A DNA stretch of 60,314 nt, filler included, from Porpidia crustulata (Eukaryota), in assembly GCA_964255105.1 (NCBI GenBank). It is 10 parts of 10 records of this genome, joined end to end, with 100 filler letters (N's around TTAATTAATTAA, not from the genome) between each part and the next. Parts side by side here need not be neighbours in the genome. Positions count along the whole stretch, not along the records: positions 1 to 5,962 come from CAXUWE010001664.1; positions 6,063 to 12,023 come from CAXUWE010001665.1; positions 12,124 to 18,082 come from CAXUWE010001666.1; 7 more parts are not named here. One strand, given 5' to 3'. A program made the position numbers and the translations under genes. Position 1 is the first letter of the stretch, and each line of letters begins with the position of its first letter. The notes beneath the pieces were generated by a model that saw only the letters and a list, made by a program, of their open reading frames with translations, did not search any database and was not told the origin of the DNA. This document shows positions 1 to 12,718 of this stretch, piece by piece.

Positions 1-1185
1 GTTGGGGGGGCGCTGGGTTGTGGGTTTTGGGGGGGCTGGAGTGGGTTTTTTGGAGCGTGGGGCGATTGAGGGGGTTTTGGTGGTTGTGTTGGTTGGGAGG
101 ATTTTTTTATTTCTGATGGGGATGGTGGCAGTGGGTTTTGCTGGTCGGGATAGTACTGCCGCGGCGGTCTTGGATGTCAAGGTTGATGGGCCTTTTGCGG
201 ATGGTAGGTTTTGGGATGCGGGTCTGGGTTCGGGTTTTGGTTCCAGCAGAGCCATTGTCTTTTGATACTTTTCCTCTGCCGCTTTCCTGTCTTCAATGGC
301 CGCAATACATTCCGTGGTCTGGCACTCTGGTTCGTGAAAGCAAGGAATCGGAACACTTTCGACGTCTCGCAATAATCTTGCATCATATTTCTTGTGCTCG
401 AGTTCCTGTGACTCCAAACGCTCTTTTTCTTCTCGCTCAACCCGGCTTAGGCCGTCAATCTCGGATGGTCTGTGGAGATAATACTCCCAACAGCCGCGTG
501 TTAAGCCACCGTTTGCGAATACGGAAAGATCGAGTTCGTGAATATCATCGGGATAATCGGGAAGGTCTGTTTTGTATCAGTGACAGTGTACTCTTCCATT
601 ACGAGGGGTAAAGCACTTTTGGCTCTTGGTGGCATGTATTCAATCTCTGGCTCTCCCAGTTCATCCTTGTCACCCAGAACCTCCACTTTGATTAACTCGG
701 CAGGAACAGCTTTTGGCTTTGGCTTTCTAGCTGATAGCGTATTTTGATTCCGCTTGTCGAGCTTGTTGTCACCACCTGGTGAAGCAGGCGTTTGAAATAC
801 TTTGGCTTTGGCATTGGTGGTTTTAAAGCCTAGGGGCGCGCGATTCCGAGGGCCTGGCAAACTCGTCAGTGCTGATACGTGAAAATGGAAAAATCGAAAC
901 CTTACCCACAGGTGTGACAAACGCATTTTTGTCTGCTAATACCATTTTCTTTCCCCCAGCCGTCATATTGCCATTACTTTTGCCATTGGTCCTCTGCCCA
1001 AACTTACCACCCCCAATGCCCCCAATATCATTCTCATCATTCAACGGTAGCTTGAGTGGGGTTTTGGGATATTTGTTTCCCGGCGTCTTCGGTGCCAATT
1101 GTCTGATGCCTTGATTCAGAGGCTTGGCCGCTGCTGCTTGTTGGTGTCCATGGACAAGATTCTCTTGACCCAGCGCCACAGGCAT
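1..1185 (-). CDS. Securin-like separase inhibitor (3' end cut off by contig end)
   Basis: Spliced model: ATG at 1185, introns 905-854 and 616-567, frame open to position 1. The protein has a D-box (RAPLGFKTTN), several (K/Q)TP CDK-type sites and EPEIEYMPPRAK|NLPDYPDD, which resembles the EVEYAPP separase-binding motif of filamentous-fungal securin. Confidence 0.72.
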
Positions 1186-1309
1186 TCTTGCAACTTTACA
1201 ACCAGGGTCGAAATACTGCCAGACTATTCCACACTCTATGCGATAATCGTAAATGTAGGCGTTGCTAGACTCTCCTGTCATCTATGGAGAATGGAAGAAA
1301 GTTCTACAT

Positions 1310-1351
1310 TGTTTACTCGCGTTGTCGTATCAACCGCCGCGAAAGTAAACA
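1310..1351. promoter_or_regulatory. Paired forkhead (GTAAACA) and CGCG-core (MCB/SCB-like) sites between the divergent securin-like and tropomyosin genes
   Basis: TGTTTAC at 1310-1316 with CGCG at 1318-1321; CGCGAAA at 1338-1344 with GTAAACA at 1345-1351. Confidence 0.5.
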
Positions 1352-1534
1352 CCTGCTTAGGTAAGACGACACCTCGAATCTGATGCTTCTTCACTAAGAA
1401 CTTGCGGACAAAGCCATCCAACGTAAGCTGTTTCATAACAAATACAGCACTCCCTCACATCAAATCAGTCATACATCTCTCTACAAGCACAACAGAGAAT
1501 CCATACAAGTCTCCCCATCAACACACCAGCCATC

Positions 1535-2251
1535 ATGTCTCTAGACGGAATCAAAGCGGTATGTTTTCCTCCACCAGGCAGCACTTGTTTGACCTACAAT
1601 TTCTCCGCTTCTTGAAAAAGCCAATCTCTTTATGTTTGGGGTCAAATAATATTCAATATATGAAGCTGACATTTTCTTTAGAAAATGCAGGCTCTCCGCG
1701 TCCAGCAAGAGGAAGCCCAAGCCAGTGTTGAAGAGTTCCAAGCAAAGGTCAAGGTTCTTGAACAAGACAGCCTCGCAAAAGAACAGGAAATCACATCTCT
1801 ATCGCATAAGAATCAGTTACTGGAGGCCACGGTAGAGAAACTAGAGACTGGTATCAAAGAAGCCAAGGAGGCTGCGGAGCAGAGCGGCCAGCATGGCGCA
1901 CAAAATGAAGCTTTGCAAAGAAGATTGCAGTTATTAGAGGATGAAGCTGAACAATCAGATAAGAATATCCGAGAAACCAATGAGAAGTAAGCTAGCTATC
2001 TTAGCATCCTAGAGAAAATAGCATAGCTGCTATCGGTCGAACAGACGAGCAAGAAGAGAACACATACTGACAAGCATGTTTACTGCAGATTACGCCAAAC
2101 AGACGTCAAGGCTGGTCATTACGAACGCAAAGTTCAAGCTCTAGAAAATGACCGCGACCAATGGGAGGCAAAGTATGAGGAGATGGCCACGAAATATAAG
2201 ACCGTGAGAAAGGAGCTGGAAGACTTCCAGCAAGAGATTGGCAACATGTAG
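1535..2251 (+). CDS. TPM1: Tropomyosin (Cdc8/Tpm1 family)
   Basis: Exons 1535-1558, 1682-1986 and 2089-2251. Coiled coil with KEQEITSLSHKNQLLE, RRLQLLEDEAE and LRQTDVKAGHYERKVQALE. Confidence 0.93.
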
Positions 2252-2504
2252 CTTTTTATGGAAAGATACATAGCTGTTGTTCTCAGGGCATGATTATGGC
2301 TTGTTTGGGATGAGGAGATGGGTTTTGATCAGGCTTGCCGGCGTATAGTCTACATTGGGTTTGGTGGAAGATTCGAGCACCTTTGCAATTGCCATCAGCG
2401 TGTATCTCGTAAGGTGTATTCAGATTCATATCATAATCAGCTTGGTCGGGAGTATTCAAGACGGTTAATTTGAGTTTGGTGAAACCACATCAACTATGAA
2501 GTCT

Positions 2505-3252
2505 TCATTCCCGCCTTGATTTAGCTTGAGCCTTGCTCTTCGATCTTTCCTTATGCCTGGTAATCTTCCTGTCTGCTTTATTTTCGTACTTGAACTTTTT
2601 CTTCTTCTTGTTGGGTCCGTTGGGCCGTTCTTTAGTCCAAACCCGCTTTTTGTTGTCCGTCTTTGCCTTCTCGTTGTTCACATCTATATGGGACCTTGCT
2701 CTACCTCCTCTCCGCGCCTCGCTACCGTCACCGCTTTCCTCATCCTCCTCAGTTATCCGATGAACACCGCCTTTTGACACCTCCACAGCTTCCACAGTAA
2801 CTGTAGTGAAACGATCCTCGTCAATGTATTCCGCTTCATGATCAATCTCTGGAGCTTCGATAGCCTTCCCCAAAGGCTCTCCCTCCACCAATGCATCTTC
2901 TCCATCGACTTCTGTGGTCTCACCATCGCCATCTGGGAGCATCGAATTTACCGCCTCCACATGTTTTTCCAGATCTGCTTTCCGACCATCTCGTATCTAC
3001 CACTGTGAGTTTGAATTACGTATTGATGTACAACAGACGTACAATCTTGCGAGCTGTGATTCTCTCTTCCCTCTCTTTCTTGGCAGCTTCCGCTTTGGCT
3101 AGTTTTATTCGTTGCAGCTTGCGCTTGTGGAAACCGGTGAGATAATCTTCTCGCGCGTTGAAATCAAAAGTGATTTCTTCCACTGCTGATGTCGCCTTTC
3201 TCTTTTTCTTAGGAGGGACAGCGAAACTCGTTCCTTTTCGTTTACCAATCAT
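2505..3252 (-). CDS. RRP17: rRNA-processing protein Rrp17/Nop25 (NOL12 family)
   Basis: EEITFDFNAREDYLTGFHKRKLQR signature; one intron near 2995-3042; basic C-terminus KKKFKYENKADRK. Confidence 0.88.
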
Positions 3253-3441
3253 ATTGACTCTAGATAATTCACGAAAATACGTTGTGTTGGTGAGGACCTC
3301 GAAGGCGGAAATTTGAAAGCAAGAGTTCGCGAGGACGAGACCCGCATCGGCTACGCTTGCCCCAACCCAATTGCTTCTTGGCCGCCTTGTAGTTTGACCT
3401 CATCATCTCATCAATTCCTTCATCAAAGTCTCGCCAACGCC

Positions 3442-4563
3442 ATGTTCTCCGCAAGGCTGGGGGCTATTGCCTTGATTGTGTGTGTAGTCAATGCTTTTAA
3501 AGATACCTCCCCTTTGTTTTTCTTTTCCACCTCTAAGTACACCTCCAAAAGCCTCCGGGTATAGATGACTGCCGCTAATAGAACACAGACTCGATGTATC
3601 ATCTCCCCAAATCGTACCTGCTTCCACGATAAGTAAGACGATATCAACGCAACTCGAGAGCTGCCCGTCAGACAATTATGTTATAATCACACAATCCAGT
3701 GTCAATGCGGCAGATTACGACAACCAGCTCTCTACGCCGCATTTGAAGCGCATGACTTCTGGCCGGAATGAAGAGATACACACAAGCCTCACCGTTGCGG
3801 ATGTGCTGGGAGAAGTTGATTCCTCTGAAATGGTCAGAGTGGTTCAAGAAAAGTGTGGGGCTGTGCTTCTAAATATCGATGCGTCGAGTAAGCCTTTCCC
3901 ACAACAAGGCTCCAGTGAGGAGTGACACAGCAGATGCTAACGGGGATATTTTCCAGCCGGCATTTTCAATATCGTTGACGATATGAAGCCTCGAGTAATC
4001 AGCCTAGACTTCCCCAGCCTACCAGCTGGAGGTGATCGAGCTGCAAGGCTCGCTGAAAATGGTCTGTAATAGCGCATCTACTACAACCTACTCACTGACA
4101 AGATCCACAGACGCCTTTCTATACTCATTCCTCGACATGCTCCCATCATCCAACTATTCTGTCATATACACCACATCCGCCATTACCTCCCAGGAGCACC
4201 GCTTACAAGATCAAACCGTGCTTTACGAAATGGACCCTACCTTCGCTTCACCCACTCATATGGAGTTGAAGCGTGAGTTTTCAGTGCATAAGCGAAATAC
4301 TTCTAATGGCAACGTCACCTTGGTAGACGGACCTTTATTTGAGAGATATCAGTTCTTCACGCCAGGTAAAATTCAAAACATTGTGCTCAGAAGCGTTATG
4401 ATACAATCACTAAACATCATCAGGTCTCTTCATGGGCATCCTTATCACACTTCCGCTTCTCATGATTCTCTACGTTGCTGTCTCAGGAGTTTCTAGTCTA
4501 CAGGTATCGTACGCTGCCTTCGATAAAGAGATGGGACCGGCAGTACAGAAGAAGCAATCATGA
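3442..4563 (+). CDS. ER type-I membrane protein, Voa1/Big1 (V-ATPase Ac45/S1-like) family
   Basis: Signal peptide followed by FKDTSPLFFFST; multi-exon; C-terminal PLFERYQFFTPG|LFMG, a TM helix, SLQVSYAAFDKEMGP and a dilysine KKQS end. Confidence 0.75.
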
Positions 4564-5535
4564 CCATATAAAGTACATGTACATTATTGAATCAGGTGAT
4601 AGGATTGCGGAGTCAAGGGCAGCGAATCTGTAACGGCTTTTCAAGACTCTAGCTCATTTCTATCAAAACTGGGTTACCTATTGGCGCTGGCGTTGAGTAT
4701 TCTGACCGCCGTGATCGATTGTCGCCCACTTATCTATTGGCATATTGATCTAAGGAAGCTGACGTTTCTGGATTCCTTATGGAGTAGACCTACATGGAAG
4801 GTGCAGATTCCCTGCAAGAAGCGCGTCTCTCTGTTTTGCTCAATATTTTCTTGTCACGCCTTCCATTTTTCCTTCTCCATTTCTCACGCTATGTGATGAT
4901 CAAGTTGCGTCAGTTCTTATCAAGCTTTTCATTTCTCTGACCTCTTTAACGGACTTGGATAACATTATTCATTCGTCTAGCGCTCTCTGAAAACCATATC
5001 GAAGAGATCGTTCAGTCAGGCTTCCTCCAAAAGATAATTGACCAACTCATTGATTTCAATCAGCTATTAGGAAGCATTGATAATCTTACACTGGGACCCT
5101 TGTTATAGTCGAATCACTCTGTCAGACCAAAGAGACTGGCAAACCCAGGGATCGCAAAAACCAGTAGACTCACTCACCGGGTAATTAAAAAGCAATGCTA
5201 CAATTACACTTTACTATCCCTCTCATAGGCCATAGCATGAGTCAGTTTGTCCAGTGTCTGCTGACTGCCCCTTGAATTTCCTTCTATGAAGGTTGAAGGT
5301 TGTGAGTAATGCTCTCCGTTTATACTACTTAAGCCGGACTGGATTCTTTTGATCCTTCTCATTCTCTCTCCTTCAACTATCAAAGACTACCTTGAAAGTT
5401 GCCAACTTGATTTATCGTCGATTTCATCAAGAGCAGTACCAAAACCACAGCATCTTCCACTGACAGTATCGGTAATCATTGCAACCCGATTGCAGCTGGT
5501 TGGATCATCAATCCGGCCATCCACACCCAAAAACA

Positions 5536-5962
5536 ATGTATCAAGGACATGGCGGAGGACGTGATAGGTATGCCGCGGGGTATGGTGGAGGCAATGATAG
5601 GAGACATGCTGGAGGACATGATAGAGATTACGGCCAAGAACATGGTAGAGGGAACGAAGTCGTTCGTTTCGACGGGGAACGACGCCTCAACATGAAAGGT
5701 CACGGGAACCACGGCCGTCTCGAGGAATCACCGCCCGAATACGTCAATGAAGCGAGAGACGCAATGGATGCGGCGAAACGCGCGAAGAAAACCGCTGACG
5801 AGAAAGCTCTTATAGTAAGTACAACTTTTCCAGTCATCACGCAAGCAGTTTGAATCGACCGCTTTCCATCTTCCCCCCCCACCCTTTTTTCTCATGTAAT
5901 GACCACCGACCTCTCTCGCCCCTTGGCAACGGCCAAGATGACGTACGAAGCGGCCTTGATCG
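5536..5962 (+). CDS. Hypothetical protein, 5' part, with Gly/Arg/Asp repeats
   Basis: ATG in AACA-ATG context, ~93 open codons with GGxDR repeats, a GTAAGT donor at ~5815, then the contig ends. Confidence 0.4.
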
Positions 5963-6062
5963 NNNNNNNNNNNNNNNNNNNNNNNNNNNNNNNNNNNNNN
6001 NNNNNNTTAATTAATTAANNNNNNNNNNNNNNNNNNNNNNNNNNNNNNNNNNNNNNNNNNNN
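5963..6062. other. Artificial contig spacer N44-TTAATTAATTAA-N44
   Basis: Identical 100-nt all-frame-stop linker that occurs nine times in the window. Confidence 0.98.
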
Positions 6063-7570
6063 CCCTCATGCTGCCCGCCCCCGACCCCACCCACTACATC
6101 TTCCTCCTCATCCTCCTCGTCGTCCTCGTCCTGGAACTCGCGGTGCGCGCCGGCGGGCACCCACAGCCCGCTCTCGCGGTCCTTCATGCTGGCGTCCTGG
6201 CCGCTGAGGTCGACGCCTTCGCCGGCGGTGCGGGATTTCTGGTGGCGGCGCTGCGACAAGGTGCGGGCGCGGGTGCTGAGTTTCGGGGTGACGGCGGCGT
6301 TGGCGGTGACCCAGTTCGTGAGGGCGTCTTCGCAGTCTTGGATGATGCTGTGGGTTGGGGGGAGGGGTGTTAGTGATAGGGCTTAAGATGGTGGACTGGT
6401 TTTTGGGGGATTGGGGAGGGGGTGATTTACGCTTTGCTGGCTTCGTATCCATCGTACGCATTACGAGTCTCGCCGGGAGTGACGGGGGTGTCGTCGACGA
6501 GCTCCAGGAGGTGCTTCCCATAGCCGGCAATGATGGCGACTTTTTCACTGTGCTCGCGGAGAGCGTCGAATTGGTAGGTGAACGCTGCCTTTAGCTTTTC
6601 ACGGGTGATGTTGGAAAGCTGGGCCTCTGCGACAAGGGATTCGGCTTCAGCGCGGACGAGTTCTTGCTCAAGCACCACGATACGGGGGCTGTTGGGTTCC
6701 TTGTACTTGAGCTGCGCGATTTGATCGGTGATTTTCTGCTTGCGATCTCGGCTGGGCTGAACTGATGCTTCGATATTTCGGATGCTCTTGATCGTTACGC
6801 GGTATTGGTCGTAACGGTCCACTAGCTGATCCTCAAGCTCGCCGACCTCGTAGATTAAGACACCGAGCTTGTCGGTGACGTCTGAAACATCGTCGTCACA
6901 TGCTTCTCCCCAAATTGATAATTGTTGCTTTGTGAAGATCAGTTTTGGTATTCCATACTGTACAGTAGGACCGAGTACTTACAGCAACTTCCATCCTCTC
7001 TCTACCAACGAGCTCCATGCTTCGCATGACGTTCTTCTCCATCTTCACCAATTGCGAGAGCTTCTTCGCGAGGTCTGGGCCAAAGGCGCCCGCGGTCGAT
7101 TTACGGAATGCATGACCTGCGCCGCCTCAAAAAAGATTGAGATTAGCTAGTGATATCTGATCAACTGCGCCACATGATGAGGATTCCTGATACTGAATCT
7201 CAAGAAGGATTTGACACGTGGCGTTTGGCAAGATGCATGAGGTGAGTAGAAACTGGTTTGAAAAGCCAACATCAATGGAAGATGGAGAACGTGTGGGAGT
7301 AAAAACCCTTAAAGCCTCTCCAGAAGCTTGAGGGCACGCTTTCGAGCAGTGTGCATAAGAGGTGTAAGGCGAGCGCGAGCAAGTTGCAGGAAAGCAGTAA
7401 AGCGCATCTTGTCCTATCATCACTCTGCAGGCAGGATGTTATAACTCACCAATGCCACCGCTCTTGCCGAAGAAACGGCCTGATTTCGTCGAGGACGCAG
7501 GAGGTGGTGGGTTTTGGATCTGCGAAGCTGTAGGAGCGCGCGACTGGCGCATAGAATACGTTCGATGCAT
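6063..7570 (-). CDS. PIL1: Eisosome BAR-domain protein Pil1/Lsp1 (3' truncated)
   Basis: MHRTYSMRQSRAPTASQIQNPPPP start; DDDVSDVTDKLGVLIYE; LEQELVRAEAESLVAEAQLSNITREK; DDTPVTPGETR. First intron 7449-7117. Confidence 0.93.
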
Positions 7571-8434
7571 GATGAGGCTGTGAACCGCACAACTTTGCTA
7601 GGTGGTAATCAAATGGGTATATCTATCAAGAAAAATGTTTGTGAGTAAAGACCTCTGTAAATCTCGTGCAAAGCGGTTGAGTATATATCTCCTCAAAAGC
7701 TGTGAGGAAAACGAGTTCAGCTTGCAAGATGACGTAGCCTTGGCCTTCGCCGTTCAAGCCCTAACTGTGCCGTGGAGGAAGGATCACCCGTTGTTCACGA
7801 CAGTGTGATATATAAAAAGGCTGGAGGACATGACGATAGCACTCACCTCTCCAAGTTCAGATGTGTAGAGAGTTGCGTTTTTGTTCACTGTCAATAAAGA
7901 AGATATTGTACGAGACAGAAAGATGAAGCTGTTTAGATCTTCAAAGCCTGGGCTGCGGTCCGCCATACTTTATGCCTACCCTACCCTGCCCTACCCTACC
8001 GGAGGCGTTGCCAGGGAGATCCCAAGCCACTACGTCATGCGTAACCCTAAAATAGGGTTATCAGCCATGTCGGCCAGTCATTGAGGCGCTCTCAGAGGGA
8101 TCAGCGCTCCCAAGTTTGACAGATTGCATGTCAAGCATAACTACTCGTACGTTTCAGCCAAAGAGTTTCAGCCATCAAGTAGTACTCAATCAGCTGTCGA
8201 TCATTGAATTGCATGCGATATGTGCGTCGCCGAAGTTGCAGGCTAGCGCTATTGATATTGTCGTATTTGTATCAACTCATACTCAGAGGTAGTGTTGCGA
8301 AATTCATGAAGCAAGGACAATGTTTCCCCCGAGAACCTATCCAATCGCCTCTTCAGTAGAGACAAATCCGGTATAGGTATACACATCCTGAGCGCCACGC
8401 TAACTGATACTGTTATACATAAGAAAATCTACAT

Positions 8435-10818
8435 TCACGAATCTGCCGGCGGACCATCCGGCTTCACGGGCGTCGGAGCTATCCTCCTTCTCTTTGACAT
8501 TCCTGCCTTGTCTTCCATTTCCGACTCGCTCGTGTCACGCTTGCCAAGGACGCTGCCGCTGACCGAGCTCGTAGTACTAATGACTCCTGACATAGGTGTC
8601 TGTGGCGGTGTCGTCCATGGAAGGTTCGAAAACGAAGTGCTCACAGCCGCAACGCTGGGAATGTTTCCTACAGTAGGGGTAGGGTTACTATTCACCATTC
8701 CCGCAGCCGTCTGTATTTGACTCGACTGCGTCACTACCGATGACGTTGAATTAGACCTGGTCGGACTTAGAGGCTGTGCAATGGGCGCCGGAGAAAGAGG
8801 TGGTGCAATGACAGGAGTTGCTAGCCTCTCCAATGGGGGAGCAGAAGCCGCAGTGGGTGTAGGGACGGGGGTTGGCTGAGCAGATGACGCTGTGGAAATG
8901 ACTGGAGAAGGATGAGTTGCGGTCGGTACAGGACCAGAATAAATTTGTCCAAGCTCTCCAGGGCTAAATGCAAGGTTGGAACAGAAGCCGTCTGAAGAAC
9001 TCATTAACAGAGTGAGTCCATCGTTTGACCTGGCGTATGTTAATCATCGTAGATGAGAGAAGAGCAAACCGTTGTCAACATACCATGTGACATCGGTGAA
9101 AGTTGCAAAGTGCAAATTGCTGACGACGACCAAAGGGGTTTGTTGCTGCGTATCGTAGACTAGGACCGTGTCCTGGGTTGCAACAGCGTAGACTACTCGA
9201 TAAGGTAACGTGAAGGCCGGTAATGGCCCTGGTGCAGATACAGCAAGCTCACCGTCGCTCGGTCTTGGAGAGGAAGTAGGCCTCGGTAGCTCGTTGGGTG
9301 ACGGCATTGTAGGGTTCGCTGGTGGTGGCGGCTCCATCCCAGAGTGTGTTGCTGGCGCCTTGGAAGGTACAACTGGGTCTGGCAATGGCGCAATTGCATC
9401 GTCGGATGATGCAGTGTCCATGGTAATCTGGGTTGTGGTTTTCGTAGTAGTGCGATGAGTATATAAGATAGGAGAGCACCTGACTGCTATGGACGGCTTT
9501 TTATGACCTGGGAGATGTGCTATTGGTGGTTTGTTGAGTCCAGCGCGAGTGTAAATGTATACGGTATTGATTACGTCTTCGATCGATTTGGCTCCCTCTA
9601 CTGGGTGTGACGTCTTGTACTGCCCTGCAGGAGTGAACAGTAGGCTACCATCCGGTGCAAAGGTCAGTCGTCGAAAGAACGAAGTATACGTTTCGTTGGC
9701 ATAGAGGTTCACATTCTTGATACCCATCGTCATTGACCCGGCAAAAGGGTTGGGGGAATTTTCCATTGGTCGTACGGCTGGTAGCGGCATCGATGGAGCC
9801 GGCGACGCAGACCGCCTTATAGATGGGGAAGAGCCGAAAGAAGATCTTCGGCTATGTGAGATAGCAGGAGGGTTCATAGGAAGTGCGAGTGATGTCGGAG
9901 TCCCAGGCATTGAAGGTGCAGGGGACGCAGGGGCAACGAGAGCATCGGCAGCAATGTGAGCTCTGGAACCGTGGTCTGGAGGTGCTGGACTACTTGATGA
10001 AATCCTCCTTGCAGGGAGATCCATCTTCGTGACCTTATTGTACTGGTTGAGGGTGAATTGGCCATCTTTCGTTTTCAAATTGTAAATATGAACCGATCGA
10101 TCAGAGGACTGAGTGGCCACATATTCGTTTAGAGGATCCCAAGCGACACCTTGAACGTAGTGATTGTGCTCTGCTATCTGTCTTACCATTTGACCTGCGA
10201 TATTTAATCACTGACTGAGATACATTCAAAATTCAATTGCTTCCTCACCTGTCTGGGCGTTGTAAATTCGGGCCACATTATCCATACTGCCAGTGATGAA
10301 GAAGACTCCATCCGGCGACCACGCTAGGTCGTATATCTCTGATCCAGATGAGCGACACATATGTTTAATTCGCCAGGTTTCCTTGTCCCCAAGTCCATCC
10401 TCTCCAAAGGCAGGGGTGTGGACTTGGGTCTCCGAAGGTACCCAGAGAAGTGTATTGCCATCGTCACCAGCGCTGGCCAGCATCTCACCTAAGTAGAATT
10501 AGTATATATATGTAATTTATCACATGGAAAGGATTTACCTCGGGGAGCAAACCGAACGACATTGACTGCTTGGGTATGCTAGATATCATGTTTAGCCCCC
10601 TCAGTGGATATTGTGCGGAATAATTGCCAAATCACCTTGACGAGAGTTGTAAGGTATGTCACCGTTCTTTCTTCTCCATCTCGTTCTAGCCTCCACAACC
10701 TGACATTGTTGTCTCCACCACCGGTAGCTAATCGACCCTTGCCGTGAGGCTCGAAGTGTGCCGAATAGATGGGGGTATTGTCATTGTGCCACGAAACGAG
10801 AAGCGGAGAGGCCTTCAT
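8435..10818 (-). CDS. CAC2: Chromatin assembly factor 1 subunit B (WD40)
   Basis: RLATGGGDNNVRLW, HTQAVNVVRF, EHNHYVQGVAWDPLNEYVATQSSDRSV, SFFRRLTFAPDGSLLFTPAG, and a C-terminal Asf1-binding B-domain-like KRRRIAPTPV; multiple introns. Confidence 0.92.
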
Positions 10819-12023
10819 GGCGCTGATTTGTGGAAGAAAAATACGAGTATCTTGCCAATGAACGCTGTGATAGCCAGGTTTATCAGTGAGTTGGAAGATA
10901 TTTCAGAGAACGTCCCCTCGTCAACGGCCCGCTTCTGGACCTGGTGGGATGATGTGTGGGAATTGGGTTTGAAGCGCCAACCATGAATCAAGGCTCAACG
11001 CCGTCAGATATCAGGAATTTGAGAGCTTGACCGATTAACATGCAGTGTTCCAAATTGACGTTGATGAATTGCACAGGAGAAGGTGATTGTGGTGCATGTA
11101 AAGTAAGCTTCCTGGCTCTTGGCCGTCTTCTGCCCGCATCCTGCGCGAGTTGGCCCTCTAGCGTGATCTCTAAAGCACTGAGTCGGCCAATGAGCATCCA
11201 TAGCAGAAGATGTGGTGAAGGGTATCAAACGACAATCCTGCCCACCAACAGCGCTCAGCAAGTGAGTGTCGGTCAATGGTTTGACCTGTGCGTGAGGTGC
11301 ATCAGGTGAATCAGCCGTTGCATTCATCATCTTCAGCCCGCGACTACCCATTTACCTGAAGCGTGATTACTCGTATACTGGCTGACCTACCTATTGCGAG
11401 AATGCTCGAAAGTCACTTGGACTATCTATAAGAATCTGGGATACACATGCTGATATGCTATTGAGTCATTTTTGACGCATTTGACGGTGGCGAATGACCG
11501 CTCGCTCAATTTCCCTCAGAAGGATACTTGCAGTACACTGGTTTGAATATATGCATTTCGGTTTACCGGGGGGTGGTTCTGGCCGCGGTTTCACCCATCT
11601 CACACGCGAGAAAATGTGACACATTACAATGGGAAAAGTACACAAGCCATTGCACAGCTTGTGATGTAAGACCAGCTAGAGCAATCGACCCGTGCAACTC
11701 TTTCCGACCTCATCCCGTGTGGATCTGAGTTTCGAACACCTCGTTGCTGACGTGACATACGTCGATCTGATATTTCTGGAACTGAAATAAAGGATTCGTT
11801 CATCCCGACTTTAGATATAAGGAAGACTTTTATCAGTTTTACGGTCGTGAATAGTATGGATTGCACTGATATCTCCAGCAAGAGGGGACGGTCAATCAAT
11901 GAAGTGCAATGTCGATGTGAAAACAACGCTGACACAATTGCCCGCAGGTCTGCTAACGTCTTTCATTTACGAGGTCTTTGGATGTTCAAAGCCCTCCGAT
12001 GTTTGGATCGATCATATCTACTT

Positions 12024-12123
12024 NNNNNNNNNNNNNNNNNNNNNNNNNNNNNNNNNNNNNNNNNNNNTTAATTAATTAANNNNNNNNNNNNNNNNNNNNN
12101 NNNNNNNNNNNNNNNNNNNNNNN
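12024..12123. other. Artificial contig spacer
   Basis: N44-TTAATTAATTAA-N44. Confidence 0.98.
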
Positions 12124-12390
12124 GACTGGGGGCGCGTCGTTGAAGTAGGGTGTGGCGGTGGCGTAGTAGATGGTGGCGAGGAGAGTGGAGAGAGTGGTAT
12201 AGACTGCTAGATTTACTGCCGAGAATGCTGTCCTACTGCTGGCGGCGTTCGGAGGTGGTTGGGTCGTGTAAGCATGGCTACGGAGGCGATTGATTGGTTT
12301 TGAACGAAAGAGGCGGTAAGTAGGTGAGGTGAGACAAGTTTTTTGGCATTGGGAGGCGCGAAAGATGTATGAAGGGACTCGGCGAGACAT
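12124..12390 (-). CDS. N-terminus of a probable mitochondrial protein (truncated)
   Basis: MSRRVPSYIFRASQCQK...RLFRSKPINRLRSHAY is an Arg/Ser-rich, acid-free presequence, followed by a hydrophobic stretch that runs into the spacer. Confidence 0.55.
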
Positions 12391-12718
12391 AACTATTGAC
12401 TTAAGGAGTTGCAATGGGAGCTTGGGGGCATGAAGTGAGGTGGATTCACTCGTCCCAACTAGGCTAGTGCGAATTGTGCAGCAACACTTCCAAATAATGC
12501 TAGATGCTCGTCTGTATGGGAAACCCAAGTCACTCATATAGTTCACCATTTTCCCCGACGCATACACGCCATCAAAATGCTTGGGAGTATTCTCGCGAGT
12601 CACTTTCACGAGGACCACGAAATGTCCATATTGAATAGTCAAAGTCTTGAAGATTGCTTTAAGTACATGCCATAATATTATCCGTCAAAGCCCAAATACG
12701 CATCTTGGCCAACGAAAT

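Noticed and set aside
10990..12023. Short ORFs upstream of CAC2 (similar ones at 15200-16600, 24229-25250, 54400-56900 and 58000-60314)
   Set aside because: No recognisable motifs or consistent splice models; treated as intergenic or unidentifiable decayed sequence.
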